From positions 61,256,001 to 61,320,000 of the forward strand of contig NC_043007.1 of NCBI RefSeq assembly GCF_006345805.1: a stretch of 64,000 bases of DNA, in the 5' to 3' direction. Shown here piece after piece: positions 52,501-61,466 of the stretch (its first letter is position 1; each line of letters starts with the position of its first letter). Made by a program: the position numbers and the translations under genes. Below the pieces are notes generated by a model, which saw nothing but the letters and a program-made list of their open reading frames with translations, ran no database searches and was not told where the DNA came from. The stretch is from Octopus sinensis (taxonomy: Eukaryota).

Positions 52501-55500
52501 TTCTATCTTTTACAAAGACATTTAGCTGCTACTGGTTCAGTTCATCTAGCTGTAAATAGGTACCATTAAAGCTACATCAAACGAAGTAGCCTCCATATGG
52601 TTGCTTGACATGCTAAACATAACTACCAAATTTCCTGGAAGTCACTGTCTAACATCTTAGAAAAGGAGATATTGGATAATGTGAACATGGGTTCTCAGCA
52701 TGTAGGGAAATGACAGGGTGATCACTGCTGGAATGCCTTTAATCATAGATCTGCTCAGTTAGGCTGACTTCTGGTTAAACATCAATAACAATATGTTTAA
52801 GTAGTGAAGGACGCTGTATCATGAACAAATGTTCTTTGGTTTCTAATACTGAGTTAAGTCTGATTATGAGAAAAATAACCTCACAATTTGTATGAATAAT
52901 ATTGGAGAGCCTCTCTCTTGTAAACATGACAATGTGGTGAGAGAAATAATGCTAAGTTTTCATCATCATTATCATCATCACTCCTCTATATCAGGAATAT
53001 TTTTTTGCATCACTTAAAGATGTCATTATAGTTGCCTGTAGATATCTATGAAGATGTGATATTTTTTTATATAGGTTATTATCTATTTTAATTCTTGTTT
53101 TTATTTATATTTTTGTTGTTGCTTAAATAATAATAAATTGACGATCTACTTTTGTTTAGCCTATTGTTTAGTCTGTTCTTTAGTATATTGTTTTGCCGAT
53201 TTTTAGCCTATTGTTTCTTAGGTAAAAATATTACTTATACAATGTTGTTATGTCTATTTATCTTCATTGTTTCTACATGTTCTTTCCCTAGGCCATTCCT
53301 GTCCCTGCAGATCTTGCATGTAATATTACCGACACATTTACAGAGTTTGCAGCTGAGGAGTCCATTGATCTGAATGAAATACCAAAGCATTCTGATTTAA
53401 AGCAGGTAAGAATGGAAATATCTAATAAAGTTTACTGTAGTTCAGAGAAAGTCGTTGGTGAATTGACAGGCTGTTTGCTATACAAGCAGGACGGATGGTG
53501 GCTTGTATCTCAAAGACACTTGACATTCAATAATCCACTTCAACTTGTTTATGTAGGATACAGTAAAAGTAAAACAGTAAAGTTACCTTCTTGAGTTACA
53601 CTGGCTCATAAGGGCCAGTTTCCCGGTTTCAAGGTATATATATTCCCCATCTGGATGGGATGCCAATCCATCACAAGATTCCTCATTTTTGCCAGCTGAG
53701 TGGACTGGAGCAACGTGAAATGAAGTGTTTTGTTCAAGAACACAATGTGTTGCCCAATCCAGGAATTGAAATCACAATCTTGTGGTCATGAATCCAACAC
53801 CCTAACCACTAAACGATGTGCCTCCACTAGAGCACAGTAGTGCAATCTAGTTCCTTTCTATAAATATATAAGGGTTCTATATTGAAAAATGAGCTAAGAT
53901 CAGTTGGCTATCCCTATCTGTGGAGTTTATTGGTAAGACACATGCGGTTATGAAAACCCAGTTGGCTCTATTTATCACACTTTATAATGTGGCAGTCTGG
54001 TAGAATAATTAGTATTCCAGAAAAAATGCTGCTAAGCATTTTGTCTGTCTTTATGTTCTTAGTTCAAATTCTGCTGATCATCTTTGTCTTTCATCCTTTT
54101 TGGGGTTGATAAAATAACTACCAGCTGAATATCTGGAGTTGTTGTAGTTGACTAGCCCCCTCCCCACCAAAATTTCAGGCCCTATGTTTATAGAAAAAAG
54201 AATGTGAACTAAACAGAACAGGAAGAAACATGTGGATGGGAGAGTTGCTGAAGAGGTCACAGATGTGTGATGAAAGATTTCCAGACAATGGACTTAAGAT
54301 AAAATAAGAACAATAATGAGTGAAGAATGAATATATAATGTGTGTTTATTTAGCAAGAAAAAAAAAAACGACCATCCCAAAACATAAAAATATCTGTTTC
54401 TATACATGATTTCACATGAAGAATCTTGCAAAGCAAATTCAGAAATGTAATTAGCTCACATTGTTGAGAAACTAAGTAATATAGAGAAAAACTGAGATGG
54501 ATGGAGTATATTTAGTTGTTCAAATTTGGGAAAGCATCTGGTTGTAAATTATTGATGTTTCAGCAAATCATACAGATACCTGACATTGTAAACTACTGTA
54601 AACCATGCTATTAAAGATAATAATTGAGTTAAAATGGTTGAAATAAAATCCTTTCTTTTGGTATGGATTTCTTTTATCTTTAGTTTGTAGCAAAAATATT
54701 GATACAAACTGATAGTTAATTTATACAGCTTTTTAGGCTATTATGACTTTTATGCTTCTCCATCTCAACTGGGAGTGATAAGGCCTTCCAGGAGCTACAC
54801 TGGAGTTTTTTAGAAGACATGTAAAAAAAAAAAACAAATGAAAGTAGGGCTACACAAAATTAACTAACAGATATATGACCACCCTGTCCTTGTATTTCAA
54901 TTTTTGTCCTAATTTCAGCAGCATAAATATTGAATATCAATAGTTATAATTTGTTTTCTTTCACTTCTTACTTTCTTAAATCTTACTTTATCTAGGTAAC
55001 TTACCTGTTACAAAAGTTTGCAATCACTGTGATATTTTAAAGAGAGGTGATCTTTTGTTGGTCACTAACAACAACAGTGCAGTCAGATAACAAAAAAACT
55101 TGCTTGCTTACATTAACCACAAGGTTCATGCTCAATAAAGTTCAAATCATAAGAATATTTTTGTTGCTTGTATTTCTATCTTTATATGTTGCTTATATTT
55201 TTATATCTTATCTTTTAAGAATTATATTTATAAATAAAGTATATATTAAAATTAATGTTTGACAGTTTTTATAGCTTATAACCTATTTATGTCTGTATAG
55301 AATTTATTTGCTAATTTCATTTTATTTACTTAGAAATGGTTGTTTTTGTAAGCTACCAGCAACACATTATTATTTATGTGGCACAATTACAATTAGTAAA
55401 CATTGCAAATGGTAAAATATTTTTTTTCAATAGCATTTATAGTATAAAGGATGTAAAATCAGTTGTAATTCAAAATTTGATTCTGTACTTGGGCTCACTA

Positions 55501-55927
55501 CTTGCTCACAACTGTAATGAAAAATAAAATATCAGTTATTGATTGCTTTCAAGAATTTGTATATTTTTGGTTACCAATTATTATTTCCAGATTGTTAATG
55601 TTGAGGCGCCATATTTCTATGCAGAAATACCAACAGGAGAGAAGTTTCTCTGCAGGATATCCAAAGGTTTCCCCTTACAATTTGGCAGGTAATTGTAAAA
55701 AGGTTATTAATTTTCATGCAGTTGAGATAAATTTGTTGTCGTATTGACATGTTAGAGTTTCAAAATTTTTGTTTATTTTCAGAGATGTTTTGGCTTCACC
55801 AATGCTGCTTAATATGCCTGAACGCATCGACTGGAAGAATTGTACAGAAAGTCAAGAAAAGGAAAAACAAATGGCTCAGGAATTTAAGAAAAAGTTCAAA
55901 GACTTTGATTTTAATTTTAGCTCTTAG
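23861..55927 (+). CDS. CWF19L1: CWF19-like protein 1 (metallophosphoesterase-like N-terminus plus CwfJ C-terminal domains), complete, 521 aa
   Basis: 15 exons: 23861-23883, 27927-28011, 29872-29947, 30656-30757, 32252-32454, 33102-33220, 40970-41054, 46183-46308, 47243-47342, 48709-48788, 50978-51093, 51497-51590, 53292-53405, 55591-55688, 55783-55927. Total 1566 nt = 521 aa plus stop. Motifs: [53 protein letters not shown]...[32 protein letters not shown]. Confidence 0.97.
26021..27180 (+). mobile_element. Decayed pogo/Tigger-type transposase
   Basis: CENP-B-like N-terminus (KLDVLKRL), [12 protein letters not shown] and [15 protein letters not shown] remnants with frameshifts and stops. Confidence 0.75.
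27927..28011 (+). CDS. CWF19L1: CWF19L1 exon 2 ([28 protein letters not shown])
   Basis: TTGCAG acceptor, GTAAGT donor, 85 nt. Confidence 0.95.
29212..29426 (-). repeat. SINE family B, 5'-truncated copy with an 18-bp TSD
   Basis: GAGGTCRACTTTGCCTTTCATCC core; TSD AATGGATATCCAAATATT at 29194-29211 and 29427-29444. Other copies: about 1495-1700, 11645-11897, 45650-45860 (-); 15500-15700, 17640-17830 (+). Confidence 0.85.
29872..29947 (+). CDS. CWF19L1: CWF19L1 exon 3 ([16 protein letters not shown]...)
   Basis: TAG acceptor, GTAATT donor, 76 nt. Confidence 0.93.
30656..30757 (+). CDS. CWF19L1: CWF19L1 exon 4 ([11 protein letters not shown]...ENILYLG)
   Basis: TTCCAG acceptor, GTTTGT donor, 102 nt. 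Confidence 0.93.
31858..31962 (+). ncRNA. Degenerate hammerhead motif flanked by a 19-bp inverted repeat
   Basis: GTGATGA...CTATA/TATAG...CGAAA-CCAATGG-TC between TTAGGAAGTTAATTGTCAT and ATAACAATTAACTTCCTAA. Confidence 0.45.
32252..32454 (+). CDS. CWF19L1: CWF19L1 exon 5 ([18 protein letters not shown]...[21 protein letters not shown])
   Basis: TTTAG acceptor, GTAAGT donor, 203 nt. Confidence 0.95.
33102..33220 (+). CDS. CWF19L1: CWF19L1 exon 6 ([10 protein letters not shown]...RPRYHF...ERLPYR)
   Basis: TTGCAG acceptor, GTAATT donor, 119 nt. Confidence 0.95.
34529..34608 (+). ncRNA. Minimal type-I hammerhead ribozyme motif
   Basis: CTGAAGA 34532-34538; stem II GAAAGACACAA/TTGTGCCTTTC; GAAA 34594-34597; palindromic ACACGTGT stem III; GUA cleavage triplet ending at 34605; short stem I TTC/GAA. 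Confidence 0.7.
35270..35900 (+). mobile_element. RTE-clade LINE 3' fragment
   Basis: [10 protein letters not shown]..., [19 protein letters not shown]...[19 protein letters not shown]; frameshifted; continues into a SINE-like tail. Confidence 0.85.
36646..37086 (+). mobile_element. Non-autonomous Helitron (second family)
   Basis: 3' CCCGAGCGAAGCACGGG hairpin followed by CTAG|T; 5' TATATATAAAGCTGAA end blends into a TA tract. Confidence 0.65.
39038..39123 (-). ncRNA. Minimal type-I hammerhead ribozyme motif (same family as 34.5k)
   Basis: Minus strand: ATTTTC-CTGAAGA-GAAAGCTGCAAA...TTTGCAGCCTTT-GAAA-CATGTG-TA-GAAAAT. Confidence 0.72.
39742..40044 (-). repeat. tRNA-derived SINE family E, well-preserved copy
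   Basis: The minus strand begins GTGGATGCGCAATGGCCCAGTGGTCAGGGCAGCGGACTC (A-box-like); tail shared with fragments at about 5500-5640 and 28640-28750. Confidence 0.7.
40081..40171. ncRNA. Pair of opposite-strand variant hammerhead motifs inside a fold-back
   Basis: Plus: CAAAAGCTGT-CCGCCGA-ACG GGAA CGT-GAAA-CTCTGAG-TA-ACAGCTTTTG. Minus: TGT-CCGACGA-ACG GAAA TGT-GAAA-CTCCGAG-TA-ACA. Confidence 0.55.
40390..40575 (+). repeat. 62-bp minisatellite, about 3 copies
   Basis: Unit AAAAACACCATCCGAGCGTGGCCGTCTGCCAGCCTCGTCTGGCACCTGTGTCGGTGGCACAT. Confidence 0.9.
40970..41054 (+). CDS. CWF19L1: CWF19L1 exon 7 ([21 protein letters not shown]...)
   Basis: TGTAG acceptor, GTAAAA donor, 85 nt. Confidence 0.93.
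41521..43541 (+). repeat. About 1.04-kb near-identical tandem duplication (41521-42505 and 42558-43541)
   Basis: Offset 1036-1038; only a 1-nt and a 2-nt indel noticed; (TA)n at the junctions. Confidence 0.95.
41708..41902. repeat. About 90-bp-arm inverted repeat (duplicated at about 42746-42938)
   Basis: Arms 41708-41797 and 41813-41902. Confidence 0.9.
43060..44700 (-). mobile_element. Decayed pogo/Tigger-type element interrupted by a SINE
   Basis: ORFs 44224-44679 ([29 protein letters not shown]) and 43933-44220; terminal TA-CAGTAGTCCCC at 43060, duplicated at 42024. Confidence 0.8.
44870..45117 (+). repeat. SINE family D (RTE-type tail: GGAAGGGCATCCAGC...CCATGCTAGCATGGAAAGCGGACGTTAAATGATGATG)
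   Basis: Many copies: about 7060-7215, 18140-18435, 27400-27617, 40575-40750 (+); 8-350, 34850-35160, 56850-57030 (-). Confidence 0.85.
46183..46308 (+). CDS. CWF19L1: CWF19L1 exon 8 ([10 protein letters not shown]...[10 protein letters not shown]...)
   Basis: TTCCAG acceptor, GTAAGT donor, 126 nt. Confidence 0.93.
47243..47342 (+). CDS. CWF19L1: CWF19L1 exon 9 ([10 protein letters not shown]...KKKHKP)
   Basis: TTCTAG acceptor, GTATAT donor, 100 nt; basic NLS-like stretch. Confidence 0.92.
48709..48788 (+). CDS. CWF19L1: CWF19L1 exon 10 ([27 protein letters not shown])
   Basis: TGTAG acceptor, GTGAGT donor, 80 nt. Confidence 0.95.
48875..49175. repeat. 142-bp-arm inverted repeat (17-nt loop)
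   Basis: Arms 48875-49016 and 49034-49175 are near-perfect reverse complements. Confidence 0.92.
50160..50500 (+). mobile_element. RTE-like LINE 3' end fragment
   Basis: [23 protein letters not shown]...AQDCQRWR is typical of an RTE C-terminus. Confidence 0.75.
50978..51093 (+). CDS. CWF19L1: CWF19L1 exon 11 (TYMALAKG...[12 protein letters not shown]...EEIEK)
   Basis: TTCCAG acceptor; followed by the U12 donor ATATCCTTT; 116 nt. Confidence 0.93.
51094..51496 (+). other. U12-type (minor spliceosome) intron with AT-AA termini
   Basis: 5' end ATATCCTTTT; branch site CCTTAAC at 51480-51486; restoring the reading frame requires the 3' end ...GCCAA at 51496. Confidence 0.85.
51497..51590 (+). 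CDS. CWF19L1: CWF19L1 exon 12 ([10 protein letters not shown]...[14 protein letters not shown])
   Basis: Preceded by the U12 branch point CCTTAAC and an AA 3' end; GTAAGA donor; 94 nt. Confidence 0.9.
53292..53405 (+). CDS. CWF19L1: CWF19L1 exon 13 (AIPVPAD...[10 protein letters not shown])
   Basis: CCTAG acceptor, GTAAGA donor, 114 nt. Confidence 0.93.
55591..55688 (+). CDS. CWF19L1: CWF19L1 exon 14 ([18 protein letters not shown]...FPLQFGR)
   Basis: TTCCAG acceptor, GTAATT donor, 98 nt. Confidence 0.95.
55783..55927 (+). CDS. CWF19L1: CWF19L1 last coding exon ([18 protein letters not shown]...[10 protein letters not shown])
   Basis: TTTCAG acceptor, TAG stop at 55925-55927. Confidence 0.95.
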
Positions 55928-55945
55928 CACATTTTTAAAAAAATG

Positions 55946-55951
55946 AATAAA
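55946..55951 (+). terminator. Candidate polyadenylation signal of CWF19L1
   Basis: AATAAA 18 nt after the stop codon, followed by T/GT-rich sequence. Confidence 0.5.
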
Positions 55952-57189
55952 TTGATTTTAATGTCTTTTATTGGTTTGTGTTTTGGCTTGTTAAAGAAAT
56001 GGCTACTTGTCTGTTGGAATAGAATCTGTTGCAGATACCGACAACTTTTTTCTTTCTTATATGCTTTGATGGGCCTAACAGAGTCACTTGTGTGTGCGCG
56101 TGCACACACACACACACACACACACACATCACATCACATCACATATTCAAAACTTCCAAGAAAAACAGCCTGTTTGGAGTGAGGCTTTTTTACCCAACAA
56201 CATTCCATAACCACTTGAGTACCATTGAGTTGTGATCTCCATATATCATGTCTGCTGTTACTGCAGTGAGCCAGTGAGGGGCTCTTGCTGTGCTTATCAA
56301 ATGTGCTAGAAATGGCAGCTAAATTTTCCTCAAAATGCATGCAGCTATTGATACATTCTGGTACATTCACACACACACACACACTTATGTATTATACATT
56401 CACACATAGATATATGGAAGCATACATACAGGTGTGGATGTCTTGACAGGAGTTGGCCAACTAGAGAGCTGCTTGAGTTCCATTTATTTGTTTTGGCATG
56501 GTTTCTACAGCTGGATACTCTTCCTAATGCCAATCAGTTTACAGAGTGTACTGGATGCTTTTACGTGGCACCTGCACAGATGCTTTTACATGGCACTGGA
56601 ATTGGCACTTTTATGCGGCATTGTGTGAAGGTCATTAAAACTGTCATTATTATCCTCATCATTGTCATTGTTTCAACATTCTCTTTTCCAATTTTGCATG
56701 GGTTAGACTGAATCTATTGAGGCAGATTTCCCTTCCTCTCACCAAATATTTCCAAGCAAGGTAATATTTCTTAATGGCTGGTTATGTTTTCATGGAAGAT
56801 TGGAAATGAAGAACACTGCTGTATAACAATGACACGTCATCATCATCATCATATTATGTGTATTGTCCATGCTGGCATGGGTTGGACAGTTTGATCAGAG
56901 TTGACAAGCTGGGGAGCGGCACCAGATTCCAGTTTGATTTGGCAGGGTTTCTACAGCTAGATGTTCTTCCTAATGCCAACCACTTTACAATGTGTGCTGG
57001 GTGCTTTTATGTGGCACCACACAGGCGTTTTTACAACTATTGCTTGATGTCAAAGCAAGGAGAGAGTAATTAAAACTTGATTTTAATTTTCAGTGCCAAC
57101 TTTAAAACATCAGGCTGAGTAAAAAGTAAGCAACGTTTGAAATATGAAGTTCATCACAACATATTTCAACAATGCAGAAATTTTATTAA

Positions 57190-58190
57190 TCAGAGTAATT
57201 ACCATTACAATCAACACATTTTTGCTAGTCAGTTACAAGTTTGTTTATTCCAGTAACATAAAAATCTGGAGTTCTGGAGCTGATGAACTCTTTGAATGCA
57301 CTTTCAGCATTGGTTTGATTTTTGAACTCTTTCTCTCACAGGAAACCATCACGCTGCTTAAACAAATTGGTAGTTGGTAGGAGAAAGGTCTGAGGAATAA
57401 GCTGGATGGGGAAGAACTTCGCAGCTAAGTTCCCTCAACTTCTGGATCATCATTAGTGAAACGTGTGGTTGAGCATTGTCATGAAGACTAATTGGCCCTC
57501 TTCTGTTGGCTAGTCTGGGACAGAGGAGTTGCAGTTTTTCATTCATTTTTGCAATTTCACGGCAATATGTTTCTGCAGTAATGGATTTTCCGGGTTTTAA
57601 GAAGTTATAGTGGATGAGTCCAGCAGTACACCACCAAACAATCATCATAACCTTTTTGAAGAGTTTGGATTTAGGGAAGGTTTCCAGTGTAACCATTGCA
57701 AAGAACATTTTTTATTATTGCACAGAATCCACTCTTCATCACAAGTTACAATATGGTTGAGAAATGGATTGGTCTGGTTATGGAGAAGTGACAAGCAAAT
57801 TTCATATCTGCACATTTTCTGATTTTCCTTCAAATCATATGGTACCCATTTGTTGAACTTTTTTGATTTTCACATCACATGCAAATAGTTGCAGGCAGTT
57901 TTCTGGCTAACCTGAAGTTCTTTTGCCAAGTTCTTGAGTGGTTTTACATAGATCTTTCTCAACAACAGTCTTTAATTGACCGTCATCGATGTTCACTATG
58001 CTCATGATCTCCAATGCTCAGGTCTCCACTGCGAAATCATTTAGACCATTTTTGAGCTGACCACTCACTGGTCATTTCACTTTTCATTGATCGTGAGCAG
58101 TTTCAGCTGCTTTATGTTCTTGTTTGAAGTTGAATAGCAAAATTGCTCAAAAATCACGCTTTGACAGTTCCATTTCGGATGATTGTAACA
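57190..58190 (-). mobile_element. Decayed mariner transposase (Hsmar1/SETMAR-like)
   Basis: Fragments KAAETA, IVTCDEEWILCNN, LHDNAQPH and HPAYSSDLSPTNY; many stops; ends approximate. Confidence 0.8.
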
Positions 58191-60114
58191 ACAGTGGAAA
58201 AATATCAATGTTAATTCATTGAAGCATTTGGGCAAGTCTATGTCTGTATTATTAGACATTTGCAAAATGCTTAAAAAAGTTCAAAACTCTGCAAAAATCT
58301 GGTACAAATTCTTCATGGTTCAAAATGTTGCTTACTTTTTACTCAACCTGATACATCATAAAAACTTTAAAATTGTAGGATTCAGTGTTTCATGGAAAGA
58401 CAAGAATGATTCCAGTGTATCCTGTCTTATATGATGAAAGAAGGATAGAACAAATTATATTTAGAAACAAATATTTTCCTTAGAGAAGAGAAATGAGAAA
58501 TAGATATGAATCAGTATCTCAGGCAAGTTCTGATTCTGTTATACATGAGCATGCAAATGTCATGACAGATTTGACTGTAGGATACCACCTAAAGAATGTC
58601 TTCCTGAGAACATATGCCGAGTGGATTTGAAGTCAGTACTGCAAGCCACTGAAACACTTGTCTGTAGTCACTGATTCTGCTGTTTGTAGAAATGAGCTGT
58701 GAGCTTTGCATGATGCCTATTTACATTATAGCTAAGCTAGATGAAATAGGCTCATTTTACACTTAAACAATTTTGCCAAGACCTCAGTACAGTGCCATTG
58801 AGGGGATATGAATTATACATTCCATTCACTAGCACTCTGAATTCATGTCGATTCAGTCAGAGAAAACTTTAAACATTTTAAGAAAAAGCATACAAAAATG
58901 AAAACTCATATCATTTGTATTTGTTTTATTGCTAAAGCTTAAAAAAGTAATGACACTACACACGATTTCTGCAAAAGTTTCCAATTTTTTTTTTTTTTTA
59001 GTTTTATCCTTCAGTTCAAAATGGAATTTTATATTGGAGTATGTACATAGTTCAAAGCAGGTATTATTTATCTGTAGCTATTTCTCACAATGTAATTCTT
59101 CCTGTTGATTTAGATAAAGCATTTCATGAGTAACAAGACAAAATCTTGAATTCCTGTTTGTTAAATAGTGAAGTAAAAACTGAAATAGAATTCATGAGAA
59201 GTCTTTCTACCACATTTGAACCTTGTGAAGGAATTAGAGATTTTGGGTAAAAGTCTTGACTGTTTTAGTATACAAATTCATCCTCCTCGCTATTACCTGA
59301 AAAGATAAAAGACTGGTTTAATCAATATGTCTTGACTTGCACTCCTATTTGTCAAATTCAATGATCACTTCAAATAGATTTTTTCATACAAAACCTGATA
59401 GTAAGACTATATAGGAAATCAGTATTTTGTATGCTTCTATCATTAGTAATATTTAGTATCTGTTTTGTTTTGTTGTGTAACTGCTGGAAAAGAAACTTTT
59501 TTTCACTTGCAGTGGTTTAGCAGATCTAAATTTTTATATCTGGTTTTATTTACTCTTAGGCCAAATATTGCCTGATTTTTGTGTCTCATAGAAAACTTCC
59601 TTCATTTAATTCCACTCCCAATCCATGTAATTATAAGAGAAATAAAATTGGTTAATCTTAAGCTGACTTTAAGAACAGATAATCCTGAAAACTAGTATTG
59701 TCTCCCACTATATTACCTAACTATATTACTTACCTGTATTAGTTTCTAGTTTTGACAAATTTTGGCAAGTTTGGTAAGTCAATTACATTGACTCCAGTGT
59801 CCAACTGGTACTTATTTTATTGACGCAGAAAGGATGAAAAGTGAAGTCTACCTTGGTGTAATTTGAATCACTTACCTATGTTACCTACTAATACTATATT
59901 AAGTCTTTCAAGATCTTCTGTTTTACTTAATCTAAGTGGTGCAATTTCCAATTGGTTGCAACACCTTGCATCTGCACACACACAGACACACAGATAGACA
60001 CACACATACAGATAGACAGACAGACAGACATGCACACACACAAAACATTGCATCCTTGTTAAAAAAATACAAACAAAAACAACAAGCAACAATTCACAGA
60101 AATTCTGTCACATT

Positions 60115-60148
60115 CTGATGATGGGCAAGACCCAGAAACATGCATGTC
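60115..60148 (+). ncRNA. Minimal hammerhead core
   Basis: CTGATGA-TGGG CAAGA CCCA-GAAA-CATGCATG-TC with palindrome ACATGCATGT; stem I poorly paired. Confidence 0.6.
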
Positions 60149-60491
60149 TCTAGATGCAGGCCTAGCTGTTGGGGGTGTTTGTCTCCCCTTCGTAAATATA
60201 TAAGGACACAGGAAATGTATCAAGGCCGACAGGAAGCGTCGATGCTTCCTAGGGCTAAACAGCGGTGGTATAATTCCCTTACAGGACTGACACGTTAAGT
60301 TGACAGTATACAACCACTCTATGTATTATGCATATTATGAATTGTGTTCAACTCCATTTGAATTTAACTTTGTCTTTCATCCTTTTGGGGTTAATAAAAT
60401 GAAGTAATAGTTAAGTATTGCAGTTGATGGTGTCTGCTGTCTCCCCCCACCCCAAATTGCTGGTTTTGTGCCTGAATCAGAAACTATTATG

Positions 60492-61466
60492 TTTATTGTG
60501 AATACCATGTTACAGCTATTGTCAAGGTGTATTTAAACAATTTTTTATGATTGAGAGGCAACATTTTTGTTGCCATATTTCTGTTGAAATATGCTACCTT
60601 TGTTTCAGTTAATTTTGAAACTGATGAAGAATTTGATAAAATAACTGTTGTCATTAAGTTGGTGTTTGGAATATTGATTAACATGGAATTTTGGAAAATG
60701 TTATTTAGATTGCTTTAAAACATGGAGTTTGTATGAAAGAACCAAAAGCAGCTTCAGGTAGCGTTGACACTGTCTAGTTAGTGATGCATTTCGAATTTAA
60801 TATTTCTTCCAATTTCTATTAAATCTACTCTTGGATTGGTTCATCACTCTAGACTTCTAGACTTTGTTGTTAACAAATTCAGTTTGAAAGGATCCTGTTT
60901 GGAAGGATTTACTGCTATCTTTTAAAATCTTTTGCATAAATGGACTCATTATTTCTTAAACATGTTCCATTACTTTCAAATCTCACTAATTTCTTTGTTT
61001 CTATCACATGAACCTTTCATCTTCAATTGCGCACCAATGCACGAGTACATATTTAGGGTGTATAACAGCTGACCTTAAGTTCTTAACCATTCTTTGGAAG
61101 ACATTTACCCATTAAACATCTTATTTGTTCATTGTGTCTAAATTAGATGGGTAAAGAACTTAAATGGAATTAGTAGAGCTGCTATGTAACTAATTGTTAG
61201 AGCGATTGTTTTACTGGAAAAGAGATAAAAATATTTAAAAGAGAAGGCAGGTGTGGTCCAAGTTAATGAATGGTATCAAATAAGGAAAAAGTAAACAAGA
61301 AAAATTTTTTACTGCAAATTTGGAGCAAACTAACTTATTTTGTGCTTAGTATTTCAAACTTATTATTTAAATATTGAGAACTTACGAGAAGAGTGCAGAA
61401 GTAATCACTGACCTTCCAAAGCATACCAAGATGAAGTCATTTTCTTAGCTTGCTCACCAGTACACG
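60492..61466 (-). CDS. Candidate last two coding exons and 3' UTR of an unidentified convergent gene (...CTGEQAKKMTSSWYALEVKQSL*)
   Basis: Exon 61466-61413 (TTACAG acceptor, GTCAGT donor, phase 1-1) and exon from 61213 (TTCCAG acceptor) with TAA at 61199-61197; about 700 nt free of recognisable repeats, then AATAAA at 60497-60492. No homology recognised. Confidence 0.4.

Noticed and set aside
23884-55782. Intronic snoRNA in CWF19L1 (the human gene hosts an H/ACA snoRNA)
   Set aside because: No convincing H/ACA two-hairpin or C/D structure could be identified by eye; an Infernal search would be needed.
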